Assembly: GCA_031556405.1 (NCBI GenBank) | Contig: JAVBTC010000032.1 | Location: 2,433 to 66,432, forward strand | Origin: Rhodocyclaceae bacterium | GTDB taxonomy: Bacteria; Pseudomonadota; Gammaproteobacteria; Burkholderiales; Rhodocyclaceae | Length of the DNA: 64,000 nucleotides | Reading direction: 5' to 3' | Shown here: piece by piece, positions 37,968-47,474 of the stretch | Layout of the letters: each line of letters starts with the position of its first letter | Position numbering within the stretch: the first letter of the stretch is position 1 | Notes under the pieces: model-generated | The model's database searches: none | What the model saw: only the letters and a program-made list of their open reading frames with translations | What the model was told of the DNA's origin: nothing | Translations under genes and position numbers: made by a program

Positions 37968-40900
37968 ATGGATCTGAAAAATATCCGCAGCCTGTTGATT
38001 GCCAACCGCAGCGAAATTGCCATTCGTATCATGCGTGCCGCCGCCGAACTGGGTATCCGCACGGTGGGCATTTATTCCAACGAAGACCGTTTTGCACTGC
38101 ATCGTTTCAAGGCGGACGAGAGTTATCTGGTGGGCGACGGCAAGAAGCCGGTCGGCGCTTATCTCGATATTCCCGGCATCGTCCATGTCGCCAGGCTGGC
38201 CGGAGTGGATGCCGTCCATCCCGGTTATGGCTTTCTTTCCGAGAATCCGGAATTTGCCGGCGCTTGTGCCGCCGCTGGTCTCGTTTTCATCGGGCCGCAG
38301 CCGGAAGTGATGCGGGCGTTGGGCAACAAGGTGGCTGCCCGCGCGCTGGCGGAAATCGTCGGCGTGCCCGTGGTACCGGCGACGGGCGCATTGCCCGGCG
38401 ACGCGGAGGAATGCCGCGCGCTGGCGGCGGCGATCGGTTATCCCCTGATGCTCAAGGCGAGCTGGGGCGGTGGCGGTCGCGGCATGCGTGCCATCGAGAG
38501 CGAAAGCGAACTGCTTCCCGCCATCGCGGCGGCGCGCCGTGAAGCCGCCGCCGCGTTCGGAAACGACGAGGTTTTCCTGGAGAAGATGGTGGTTCGCGCC
38601 CGTCACGTGGAAGTCCAGGTGCTGGGGGATACGCACGGCAATCTGGTGCATCTGTTCGAGCGCGATTGTTCGGTGCAGCGCCGCACTCAGAAGGTCGTGG
38701 AACGGGCGCCCGCTCCGTATCTGCTGCCGCGGCAGAGGGAAGCGCTTTGCCGGGCGGCGCTGAAGATCGCGGAGGGTGTCGGCTACACGCACGCCGGTAC
38801 TGTCGAATTCCTGATGGATGCCGATTCGGGCGATTTCTACTTTATCGAAGTGAATCCACGCATCCAGGTGGAGCATACCGTCACCGAGGAGGTCACGGGG
38901 CTGGATATCGTCAAGGCGCAGATCAGGGTCAGCGAGGGCGGGCGTATCGGCGCCGACGATTATCTGCCGGCCCAGGACGACATTCGTTTGTCCGGCCACG
39001 CATTGCAGTGCCGGATTACCACCGAGGACCCGGAAAAAGGCTTTGCGCCCGATTACGGGCGGCTTTCCGCCTACCGCAGCGCCGCCGGCGCCGGTATCCG
39101 CCTCGACGCCGGCACTGCGTATACCGGCGCGGTGATCACGCCGTTTTACGATTCCCTGCTGGTCAAGGTCACCGCCCGGGGGCACGACCCCGATGAGGCT
39201 GTCCGCCGCATGCACCGGGCGTTGCGGGAGTTTCGCATCCGCGGCGTGTCTTCCAATCTGGCATTCCTCGAAAGCGTCATTACCCATCCCAGTTTCAGAA
39301 ACGGCGAGTACACCACTCGCTTCATCGATACCACGCCGGAGTTGTTTACGTTCGAGCCCAAGCAGGACAGGGCTTCCCGGCTGCTCGAATTCATCGGCGA
39401 GGTGACGGTCAACGGCAATCCGGAAGTGAAAGGACGCACCGGGCTCGCGCATTTTCCAGCGCGGCCGCCGCTGCCGGAGATCGATTTCTGCGCACCGCCG
39501 TCTCCCGGCAGCCGGGATCGGCTCAAAGCGCTGGGGCCGCGGCAGTTCGCCCAGTGGATGCGCGCCGAAAAACGCGTTTTGTTGACCGACACCACGTTGC
39601 GCGACGCGCATCAGTCCCTGTTTGCCACCCGCATGCGGACCGCGGACATGATCGCCGTCGCGCCGCATTACGCCCGTTTGCTGCCCGAGCTGTTTTCCCT
39701 CGAATGCTGGGGCGGCGCCACCTTCGATGTGGCCCTGCGTTTTTTGAAGGAAGATCCCTGGCTGCGCTTGGCGCAGCTGCGGGAAGCAGTTCCCAATATT
39801 CTGCTGCAGATGTTGCTGCGCGCTTCCAATGCCGTTGGGTATACCAATTACGCCGACAATGTGGTGCGGTATTTCGTCCGCCAGGCGGCGGCAGGCGGCA
39901 TCGATGTTTTTCGCGTGTTCGATTCCTTCAACTGGGTCGAGAACATGCGCGTGGCGATGGACGCGGTGATCGAGGCCGGTGCCGTCTGCGAGGCCGCGAT
40001 CTGCTATACCGGCGATCTGTTCGATCCGGTCCGGCCCAAATACGGCCTGAAGTATTACGTCGACCGGGCGCGGCAATTGGAGCGGGCCGGTGCTCATATC
40101 ATCGGGATCAAGGATATGGCCGGCGTTTGCCGCCCAGCAGCGGCCAGGGCGTTGGTCAAGGCCTTGAGGGAAGAGGTGGGCCTGCCGATCCATTTTCATA
40201 CCCACGATACCAGCGGCGGCGCCGTGGCTTCGGTGCTGGCCGCCGTGGAAGCGGGCGCGGACGCGGTGGATGGCGCCATGGACGCGATGAGCGGCCTCAC
40301 CTCGCAACCCAGCCTGGGGGCCATCGTCGCCGCGCTGGAGCATACGGAGCGCGATCCGGGCCTGACCCATGGGCGCATCGCACTCTTTTCCCGTTATTGG
40401 GAAGCGGTGCGCCATTTTTACCGTCCGTTCGAGGCCGACATGCGCGCCGGCACCTCGGACGTTTACCGCCACGAAATACCCGGCGGCCAGTACACCAACC
40501 TGCGCGAGCAGGCCCGCAGCATGGGGATGGAGCATCGTTGGAACGAGGTGGCGCAGGCGTATGCCGATGCGAACCGGCTGTTCGGCGACATCGTGAAAGT
40601 AACACCGTCTTCCAAGGTGGTGGGAGACATGGCGCTGTTCATGGTGGCAAATGACCTGGCACCGGAAGATGTGGCGGATTCGGGGAGGGAAATCGCTTTT
40701 CCCGAATCCGTGGTGTCGATGATGCGTGGCGAACTGGGTTATCCCGCGGAAGGGTTTCCCCGGGAAATCCAGGAAAGGATTCTCAAGGGACAACAGCCGG
40801 TCGAGGGCCGCGCCGGGGTTCATCTGCCGGCGGTGGATCTGGAAGCGGAACGGGCAAAAGCGGAACAGGCAACGGGACGTCCGCTCGACGATGCCGATCT

Positions 40901-41417
40901 GGCGAGTTGGCTGATGTATCCCAAAGTGTTTGCCGACTATGCCGCACACGCGCGCAGGTACGGCGACGTTTCGGTATTGCCGACGCCGGTGTTTTTTCAC
41001 GGACTGCCCGAGCGGGAAGAGATCGCGGTCGAGATCGACCGGGGCAAGACGCTGATTATCAGTCTCACCGGCAAGACCGCCGTGGACGAAGAAGGCGAAG
41101 TGGAACTCTTTTTCGAACTCAACGGCCAGCCTCGAACCACGCGCATCGCCAAGGCCGGCATGGAAGGGGCGAAAAAGGCGCGGCCCAGAGCCGAGGAGGG
41201 CAACGACCGCCACGTCGCGGCGCCGATACCGGGCACCGTCTCCACCGTCGCGGTGAAGCCCGGCCAGAGAGTGCGAAAGGGCAATCCGCTCGTTTCCATC
41301 GAGGCGATGAAAATGGAAACTTCCATCGCCGCCGACCGGGATGGCGTCGTCGGCAGGGTGCTGGTCGTTCCCGGCGACAGGGTGGAAGCGAAGGATCTTT
41401 TGCTGGAAATCGAGTGA
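37968..41417 (+). CDS. pyc: Pyruvate carboxylase (single-chain)
   Basis: 1149 aa. Biotin carboxylase ATP-grasp domain, carboxyltransferase TIM-barrel (..LLQMLLRASNAVGY..), and C-terminal biotinyl domain with the AMKMET motif. Confidence 0.95.
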   Translation: MDLKNIRSLLIANRSEIAIRIMRAAAELGIRTVGIYSNEDRFALHRFKADESYLVGDGKKPVGAYLDIPGIVHVARLAGVDAVHPGYGFLSENPEFAGACAAAGLVFIGPQPEVMRALGNKVAARALAEIVGVPVVPATGALPGDAEECRALAAAIGYPLMLKASWGGGGRGMRAIESESELLPAIAAARREAAAAFGNDEVFLEKMVVRARHVEVQVLGDTHGNLVHLFERDCSVQRRTQKVVERAPAPYLLPRQREALCRAALKIAEGVGYTHAGTVEFLMDADSGDFYFIEVNPRIQVEHTVTEEVTGLDIVKAQIRVSEGGRIGADDYLPAQDDIRLSGHALQCRITTEDPEKGFAPDYGRLSAYRSAAGAGIRLDAGTAYTGAVITPFYDSLLVKVTARGHDPDEAVRRMHRALREFRIRGVSSNLAFLESVITHPSFRNGEYTTRFIDTTPELFTFEPKQDRASRLLEFIGEVTVNGNPEVKGRTGLAHFPARPPLPEIDFCAPPSPGSRDRLKALGPRQFAQWMRAEKRVLLTDTTLRDAHQSLFATRMRTADMIAVAPHYARLLPELFSLECWGGATFDVALRFLKEDPWLRLAQLREAVPNILLQMLLRASNAVGYTNYADNVVRYFVRQAAAGGIDVFRVFDSFNWVENMRVAMDAVIEAGAVCEAAICYTGDLFDPVRPKYGLKYYVDRARQLERAGAHIIGIKDMAGVCRPAAARALVKALREEVGLPIHFHTHDTSGGAVASVLAAVEAGADAVDGAMDAMSGLTSQPSLGAIVAALEHTERDPGLTHGRIALFSRYWEAVRHFYRPFEADMRAGTSDVYRHEIPGGQYTNLREQARSMGMEHRWNEVAQAYADANRLFGDIVKVTPSSKVVGDMALFMVANDLAPEDVADSGREIAFPESVVSMMRGELGYPAEGFPREIQERILKGQQPVEGRAGVHLPAVDLEAERAKAEQATGRPLDDADLASWLMYPKVFADYAAHARRYGDVSVLPTPVFFHGLPEREEIAVEIDRGKTLIISLTGKTAVDEEGEVELFFELNGQPRTTRIAKAGMEGAKKARPRAEEGNDRHVAAPIPGTVSTVAVKPGQRVRKGNPLVSIEAMKMETSIAADRDGVVGRVLVVPGDRVEAKDLLLEIE

Positions 41418-41452
41418 CTATCCGAATGACTGCCGGTGTTTCAATAGGCTGG

Positions 41453-41526
41453 ATTTGTTATTAAATAATTTCAGCTTAAAATTTACTATAGTAGCTGATG
41501 TAAATAATATTTTATAATAGAAAAAC
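41453..41526. repeat. AT-rich intergenic element, copy D (degenerate member)
   Basis: GTAGCTGAT (41491-41499) is shared with copy F (58523-58531). The right end GTAAATAATATTTTATAATAGAAAAA parallels copies B and C. Confidence 0.45.
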
Positions 41527-41685
41527 AGGAAATGAATCCTCGCCGTCGTCTCCATTTTGCGTACCGGCAGTATCCATTTCATGCCATGCTGATGATCCGC
41601 CATTTTCCCGATTTCCGCGCCGGCTAGCTAAATGGCGCCATAAAAGAAGATAATCGCTCTTTTGTGCATTCCGGCGGAGCTCTCC

Positions 41686-42774
41686 GTGACACGACCCCGT
41701 AACGATACTTTTCTGCGCGCGCTTCTCAAGGAACCGACCGATTACACGCCGCTCTGGCTGATGCGCCAGGCGGGACGCTATCTGCCCGAATACCGGCAGA
41801 CGCGCAAGCGCGCCGGGAGCTTTCTCGACCTGTGCAAGAATCCGGCGCTTGCCTGCGAAGTCACTCTGCAGCCGCTGGCACGCTACGAACTGGATGCGGC
41901 GATCCTGTTTTCCGACATTCTCACGGTTCCCGACGCGATGGGCCTGGGGCTGTATTTCGCCGAGGGGGAAGGACCGAAATTCGAGCGTCCGCTGACCGAG
42001 GAATGGTCGATCCGCGCGCTGACCGCACCCGATCCTTGGGATCACCTGCGTTACGTGATGGATGCGGTGAGCGAAATCCGCCGTGCGCTGGACAATTCCG
42101 TGCCGCTGATCGGGTTCTCCGGCAGCCCCTATACGCTCGCCTGCTACATGATCGAGGGCGGTGCTTCCGACGATTACCGGCGCATCAAAACGATGCTCTA
42201 CGACCGTCCCGATCTGTTGCACCGGATTCTGTCAGTCACTGCCGACGCGGTACTGGCGTATCTGAACGCGCAGATCGAAGCCGGCGCGCAGGCCGTGATG
42301 ATTTTCGATTCCTGGGGCGGATCGCTGGCCGCCGGAGCGTACCGGGAATTTTCGCTGGCCTACATGGAGCGCATTCTCGCCGGACTGACCAGGGAAAAGG
42401 ACGGCGAACGCATTCCGTCGATTGTGTTTACCAAGGGTGGCGGGCTGTGGATCGAAGCGATCGCCGCGAGTGGCTGCGATGCCGTCGGACTCGACTGGAC
42501 GATCGATGTCGGCGAGGCGCGTCGGCGCGTCGGCGACAAGGTGGCGTTGCAGGGAAATCTCGACCCCTGCGTACTTTTCGCGGCACCGGAAAAAATCGCC
42601 GCCGAGGCGGTCCGGGTTCTGGAAAGTTTCGGGCCGGGCAATACCGGGTATGTCTTCAATCTCGGCCACGGCATCTCGCAATTCACCCCGCCGGAACACG
42701 TCGTTGCGCTGGTCAATTCCGTTCATGAACATAGTAAAAAAATGCGTCAGGCAAGGCCACAATGCGTTACATAA
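41686..42774 (+). CDS. hemE: Uroporphyrinogen decarboxylase
   Basis: Collinear with E. coli HemE as I recall it (..[23 protein letters not shown].., ..[14 protein letters not shown]..). Likely GTG start at 41686; the ORF opens at 41662. Confidence 0.93.
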   Translation: MTRPRNDTFLRALLKEPTDYTPLWLMRQAGRYLPEYRQTRKRAGSFLDLCKNPALACEVTLQPLARYELDAAILFSDILTVPDAMGLGLYFAEGEGPKFERPLTEEWSIRALTAPDPWDHLRYVMDAVSEIRRALDNSVPLIGFSGSPYTLACYMIEGGASDDYRRIKTMLYDRPDLLHRILSVTADAVLAYLNAQIEAGAQAVMIFDSWGGSLAAGAYREFSLAYMERILAGLTREKDGERIPSIVFTKGGGLWIEAIAASGCDAVGLDWTIDVGEARRRVGDKVALQGNLDPCVLFAAPEKIAAEAVRVLESFGPGNTGYVFNLGHGISQFTPPEHVVALVNSVHEHSKKMRQARPQCVT

Positions 42775-42803
42775 AGAGCACAAAGTGCGTGCGCCCCCTT
42801 GAC

Positions 42804-42812
42804 TTATGCACA
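42804..42812 (+). promoter_or_regulatory. DnaA-box-like 9-mer TTATGCACA
   Basis: Matches the TTATNCACA consensus. It abuts a TTGACT hexamer at 42798-42803. Confidence 0.4.
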
Positions 42813-42955
42813 GAAACATCGTTGCGTTCCTCGGTTGCCGGAAAAATCCCTGAAAAATCAGGGGTAGTTGTTAAATCATTGATTTAAAAGAATTAGTTTT
42901 TTGCCCGATTTTCAGGCAACGCAAGGAGAAGCCCGGTGAAAACGGGGTTTGCGCA

Positions 42956-43003
42956 TTTTTCACAGAAGAAATTCACAAAGTTATCCACAGTTTTTGTGAA
43001 CAA
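42956..43003. promoter_or_regulatory. Cluster of four DnaA-box-like 9-mers, including one perfect TTATCCACA
   Basis: TTTTTCACA at 42956-64, AAATTCACA at 42969-77 and TTATCCACA at 42981-89 (perfect). TGTGAACAA at 42995-43003 is the reverse complement of TTGTTCACA. An AT-rich tract at 42865-42915 lies upstream. Confidence 0.5.
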
Positions 43004-43153
43004 CATGGAAAACCCTGGTCTACCATCGACTTGCGTGTTTTTTTGAGAATCGGTCTTAACAATCGCGCTTAAGTTGAAATAAGGGACGGCGCTATTTCCT
43101 CCTCGGGTTCTTCCTCTTTTTCTTCCGCCTCTCCGCCTGGTTCCGTTTCTACC

Positions 43154-45274
43154 GTGGCGTCCGCGCATTCTTCCGGCACCGTCGTCCGCGTCGCGCTCGG
43201 CGTGCCGCTTCATCGTTTGTTCGACTATCTCGCGCCGCAGGCAAGTCCCGGGGATATCGGGCGCCGGGTGTGCGTGCCGTTCGGCGACAGAACGCGCATC
43301 GGCGTTATCGTCGCCGTTGGAGTGGAAAGCGAAATCCCGCCGGAACAGCTCAAGCCGGTGTGCGAACTCCTTGCCGATCTGCCGCCCTTGCCGCCGGAAT
43401 GGCTGCGGTTGTGCGAATTCTGTTCCGGGTATTACCACGCGCCGCTCGGGGAAGTCATGCTTGCCGCGCTGCCGGCGGGGCTGAAACGTGCAGCGCCCGT
43501 GAAGACGCGGCGGGTAAAAACCAAGGCCGTTGCCTGTTCCGTGGCGGAGTCGCTGCCGGAACTCACGGTGGAACAGGCGGCGGCGCTCGCGTCCATCCGG
43601 TCCGCGGGGCGGGGCTTTCATCCGTTTCTGTTGTTCGGCGTGACCGGCAGCGGTAAAACCGAGATCTATCTGCGTCTGATCGAGGATACGCTGGCGGCGG
43701 GCGGGCAGGTGCTGCTCCTGACGCCGGAGATCAATCTCACGCCGCAGCTCGAGGCGCGCATCGCGGCGCGCTTCCCGGCGACGCCGCCGGTCAGCCTGCA
43801 CAGCGAGCTCTCCGAGGCCATGCGCACGCGCCATTGGCGTGCCGCGTTCGCGGGCGAAGCGCGCATCGTGCTCGGTACGCGGCTCGCCATTTTCACGCCG
43901 ATGCCGGACCTGGCGTTGATCATCATCGACGAGGAACATGATCCTTCCCTCAAGCAGCAGGACGGAATCCGCTATTCGGCGCGCGATCTCGCCGTGTTCC
44001 GTGCGCGGCAGCGCGGAATTCCGATCGTCCTGGGATCGGCGACCCCGTCGCTGGAAAGCTGGGCCAACGCGCATGGGCGCCGCGCGCCGGCCAGGATATC
44101 GGGAAACACGCCGAAAAAAATACCGGGAAAAATGCCAGGAACTGCGCCGACAAACCTACCGGATACCGCGGCAGCCGATGTCGCTGGCCGTTACCGGCTG
44201 CTTACGCTGACCGGACGCGCTGCCAGCAACGCCCGTCTGCCTGCCGTGCGTTGCCTCGATACCCGGCGGGAAACGATGCACGAAGGTTTGTCCGCTTCCC
44301 TGATCGACGCCCTGGCCGAGCGCCTTGAGCGCGGCGAACAAAGCCTGGTTTTTCTCAACCGGCGCGGATTCGCCCCCGTGCTCGCCTGTCCCGCGTGCGG
44401 CTGGATTTCGCACTGCAAGCGTTGTGCCGCCAATCTCGTCCTGCATCTGGCGGACCGCCGCTTGCGTTGCCATCACTGCGGTTTCGAGGCGGGGGTGCCG
44501 CGGGCCTGTCCCTCCTGTGGCAATCTCGACCTGCATCCGTTCGGGCGCGGCACGCAGCGCCTGGAGGCTTTTCTCGCCGAGCGTTTTCCGCAGGCGCGCA
44601 TCCTGCGCGTCGACCGCGACGCGGCCAAAAGCCGCAGGCAATGGGAAGCCATGCTGGACAGAATTCACGGCGGCGATGCCGATATTCTCGTCGGCACCCA
44701 GATGCTGGCCAAGGGGCATGATTTTCCCCGCCTCACGCTGGTCGGTGCCGTTGGTGCCGACGCGGCGCTGTTCGCCGCCGACTGGCGGGCGCCGGAACGA
44801 CTATTCGCGCTCCTGATGCAGGTTGCCGGGCGGGCCGGACGGGCCGATCTGCCGGGAGCGGTGCTGATCCAGACGCAGTATCCGGATCATCCGCTGTATG
44901 CGGCGCTGGTCGCGCACGACTATCCTTCCTTTGCGTTCGCGCAGCTCGCCGAGCGTAAAAATGCCGGGTTTCCTCCTTACAGTCACCAGGCCATATTGCG
45001 CGCCGAGGCGTCGGAGATGGCGCAATCCATCGCTTTTCTCACCAGCGCGCGCGCGGAGGCGCGGATGCGGGAACATCCCGCCGTCGAGTTTTACGATCCG
45101 GTGACGATGCGTCTTTCACGGCGTGCCGACCGGGAGCGGGCGCAGATGCTGATCGAATCGTTTTCGCGTCCGGCGCTGCAGATTTTCCTCAAGGATTGGA
45201 TGCCAGTGCTGGCGCGGATAAAAATTCCCGGCCGGCTGCGCTGGCATTTGGAAGTCGATCCAATCGAATTCTAA
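43154..45274 (+). CDS. priA: Primosomal protein N' (replication restart helicase PriA)
   Basis: Walker A GVTGSGKTE, DEEHD box, Cys-rich zinc region CPACG..CKRC..CHHCG..CPSCG, and the C-terminal domain. Confidence 0.93.
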   Translation: MASAHSSGTVVRVALGVPLHRLFDYLAPQASPGDIGRRVCVPFGDRTRIGVIVAVGVESEIPPEQLKPVCELLADLPPLPPEWLRLCEFCSGYYHAPLGEVMLAALPAGLKRAAPVKTRRVKTKAVACSVAESLPELTVEQAAALASIRSAGRGFHPFLLFGVTGSGKTEIYLRLIEDTLAAGGQVLLLTPEINLTPQLEARIAARFPATPPVSLHSELSEAMRTRHWRAAFAGEARIVLGTRLAIFTPMPDLALIIIDEEHDPSLKQQDGIRYSARDLAVFRARQRGIPIVLGSATPSLESWANAHGRRAPARISGNTPKKIPGKMPGTAPTNLPDTAAADVAGRYRLLTLTGRAASNARLPAVRCLDTRRETMHEGLSASLIDALAERLERGEQSLVFLNRRGFAPVLACPACGWISHCKRCAANLVLHLADRRLRCHHCGFEAGVPRACPSCGNLDLHPFGRGTQRLEAFLAERFPQARILRVDRDAAKSRRQWEAMLDRIHGGDADILVGTQMLAKGHDFPRLTLVGAVGADAALFAADWRAPERLFALLMQVAGRAGRADLPGAVLIQTQYPDHPLYAALVAHDYPSFAFAQLAERKNAGFPPYSHQAILRAEASEMAQSIAFLTSARAEARMREHPAVEFYDPVTMRLSRRADRERAQMLIESFSRPALQIFLKDWMPVLARIKIPGRLRWHLEVDPIEF

Positions 45275-45344
45275 TTATAAAAAAATAATTTTTACTTGTA
45301 TATGCCTACATATATATACATAAATTTAATCAATATTTAGAATT
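45267..45344. repeat. AT-rich MITE-like intergenic element, copy E (78 bp)
   Basis: Perfect 8-bp terminal inverted repeats AATTCTAA (45267-45274) and TTAGAATT (45337-45344). The left repeat contains the priA stop codon TAA (45272-45274). Confidence 0.6.
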
Positions 45345-45845
45345 TGTACCAAGAAGAACGCTTTTTCGGAAAGCGGCCATAGCGGGTTATCCATTTCAGG
45401 AATTCGGCATTTCGACTGGAGAAGCCGCCGGCTCTGGATTCTGGCGCGCCGGTCGGCAAATTCCCATCCTTTTCCCGGAAACGCGAGGCACAAAAAAATC
45501 CGCTTCCCGAAACGTCGCGCCAGCCGGTCGATTCGTGGCCTGCTGGAGAGAGTTTCGGCACAAGGGTAAGGTGATCTTACGCTCAAGCGTACCGTTCGGC
45601 AGGTTACATGCCGGCGGGAATTGTACGATTCTCGGCGGGCATTATTCTATTGTCATATAAGGAGTGTGTCCCGCCGAGCCGTGCCCGGTAGACGAAAACG
45701 GATACGGCAGGCAAAGCACCGGATGAATGCTTAACGGCAGGAGAATCCTCTTGTCCCGCGACGCACCGTTACAAAGATTGGCGTTGGAGCGCTCCACTAC
45801 CGGGGATCGTACGCATCTTTTCAGTTCCTTTTTGTGGAGAAAACA

Positions 45846-47138
45846 ATGAAAAGCAATACCGTCCCGTTACGCACTTCTCGCACTTTTTCCAACGCCGTAT
45901 TGCCCGATTTCCTCGAAACGAGAGTCGAGCGCTATTACCGCGACCGGGTCCGCAATACCTGGGAAGGAGGGCATATCATGCGCGGCCGCACTCCGGACGA
46001 AACCGCGCTGCATTTGTCGAGCAACGACTATCTCTCCGTTGCACGCCATCCGAAAGTCATCTCGGCCATGGCGGAGGCTTTGCGGGAAAGCGGCAACGGT
46101 CTGCTGATGTCGGGCATTTTCCTGCATGGCGAGTGCCCGCAACTGGCACTGGAAGACCGGCTGGCGGCGTTCATGCATGCCGAATCCGGCGTGCTGTGCC
46201 AGTCCGGCTGGTGTGCGAACACCGGGCTGGTTCAATCGATTGCCGACGAGCGGACGCCGGTATATGTCGACATGCTGGCGCACAATTCGTTGTGGGAAGG
46301 CATCCGTTCCGCTGGCGCCAAGGCGGTCAGCATTTTCCACAACCACCCCGAGCACCTGGAGCGGCAGATTCTCCGCTACGGTCCCGGCGTTGTCCTGATC
46401 GATTCGGTCTACAGCACCAACGGCAGCGTTGCCCCCTTGCCGGAAATCGTCGCCATTTGCGAAGCGCAGGGATGCATTCTCGTCGTCGACGAATCGCACT
46501 CGCTCGGCACGCACGGCCTGCACGGGGAAGGAATGGTCGCCGCGCTGGGGCTTTCCGACCGCGTCCATTTCCGTACCGCCAGCCTCGCCAAGGCCTTTGC
46601 CGGCCGCGCCGGATTCATTACCTGCTCGAAGCGGTTCAACGAGTATTTCAAGTTCGAGTCGAATCCGGCGATCTTCAGTTCGACCCTGTTGCCGCATGAA
46701 ATCACGGGCCTGAGCGCGACGCTGGAAGTTATCCGCCGGGAAGATTGGCGGCGGGAGCGCCTGCGCGAAATCGGCGATTATGTGCGCGACAATCTGGAAG
46801 CGCAGGGCTACAACCTCAACGACAGCCAGAGCCAGATCGTTTCGCTCGAAGCCGGTACCGAGCAGCAGACGATCGTGTTGCGCGATGCACTGGAAGCGCG
46901 CGGTATTTTCGGTTCGGTATTCTGCGCCCCGGCGACGCCGAAAAACCGTGCGCTGATGCGCTTCTCGCTCAACGCCGGGTTGACCGACGACGAAGTGGAG
47001 CGGGTCGTCCGTGTCTGCCGCGAAATCCGCGACGAAGTCGGCCTTGCCAATTGGCCGTCGTCACGCCGCAGACGTGGCGCAACCCAATCCACCGAGCCTG
47101 CCGAGCCGTTGCGCCGCGAAGCGGTTGCGGTGGCTTGA
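45846..47138 (+). CDS. CqsA/LqsA-family alpha-hydroxyketone autoinducer synthase (PLP-dependent, AONS-like)
   Basis: Block-by-block resemblance to Vibrio CqsA as I recall it: SNDYL, QSGW.AN.GL.QSI, VY.D..AH.SLWEG, PG...IDS.YST.G..APL, VVDESHSLGTHG..G.G, HF.TASLAKAF (PLP Lys), PAIFSSTLLP.E..GL..TLE.I, GIFGSVFC.PATPKN. ATG at 45846 with GGAG upstream. Confidence 0.8.
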   Translation: MKSNTVPLRTSRTFSNAVLPDFLETRVERYYRDRVRNTWEGGHIMRGRTPDETALHLSSNDYLSVARHPKVISAMAEALRESGNGLLMSGIFLHGECPQLALEDRLAAFMHAESGVLCQSGWCANTGLVQSIADERTPVYVDMLAHNSLWEGIRSAGAKAVSIFHNHPEHLERQILRYGPGVVLIDSVYSTNGSVAPLPEIVAICEAQGCILVVDESHSLGTHGLHGEGMVAALGLSDRVHFRTASLAKAFAGRAGFITCSKRFNEYFKFESNPAIFSSTLLPHEITGLSATLEVIRREDWRRERLREIGDYVRDNLEAQGYNLNDSQSQIVSLEAGTEQQTIVLRDALEARGIFGSVFCAPATPKNRALMRFSLNAGLTDDEVERVVRVCREIRDEVGLANWPSSRRRRGATQSTEPAEPLRREAVAVA

Positions 47139-47213
47139 GGGCAGGTGGTTCGTCCTGGAGCGGCACGGCGGAAGGTCGGTCCGGTGTTTTCGTCTGTGAC
47201 GTTTTTTTGTTTT

Positions 47214-47249
47214 CGCCCCTCCACCGTATTGGCGGAGGGGCGTTTTTTT
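47214..47249 (+). terminator. Rho-independent terminator of the cqsA-like gene
   Basis: 9-bp stem CGCCCCTCC/GGAGGGGCG followed by T7. Confidence 0.8.
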
Positions 47250-47474
47250 GCAACGTTCATTATCGCGTTCCGAATTTCCGGGCAAGGACGGAGACGGATA
47301 GCCGCGAGGATAGCCATAACGGGGCGGAGCCGTTTGCGGCGTCAGTAGGATATGGTCACGGGTCACGGCGACGTTGAAGCCGACGCTGGATGTCGCCCGA
47401 TACGCGGAGACAACTCTTCGCGCCGATTCGTACCAATATTCGTACCAACCGGCGCAAAATGAATTCCTACCGGA

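Noticed and set aside
37926-41213. 1095-aa ORF on the minus strand
   Set aside because: It is the antisense shadow of pyruvate carboxylase. It has no motifs and its composition is typical of GC-rich antisense frames.
42775-43153. Calling the hemE-priA spacer the chromosomal replication origin
   Set aside because: The evidence is only a DnaA-box cluster, a short AT tract and a loose gene-orientation trend. As I recall, betaproteobacterial oriC usually lies next to dnaA, no dnaA/dnaN is present here, and I cannot compute GC skew. I report it as a DnaA-binding locus of unknown role instead.
42893-44074. 393-aa minus-strand ORF spanning the hemE-priA spacer and the priA 5' half
   Set aside because: It is antisense to priA, which has a Walker A motif and zinc fingers. 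Its N-terminal part merely runs through the intergenic DnaA-box region.
45326-45586. Two overlapping minus-strand ORFs (86 and 74 aa) in the cqsA-like leader
   Set aside because: They have no Shine-Dalgarno, no motifs and odd composition, and they begin inside the AT-rich element. I treat them as non-coding leader.
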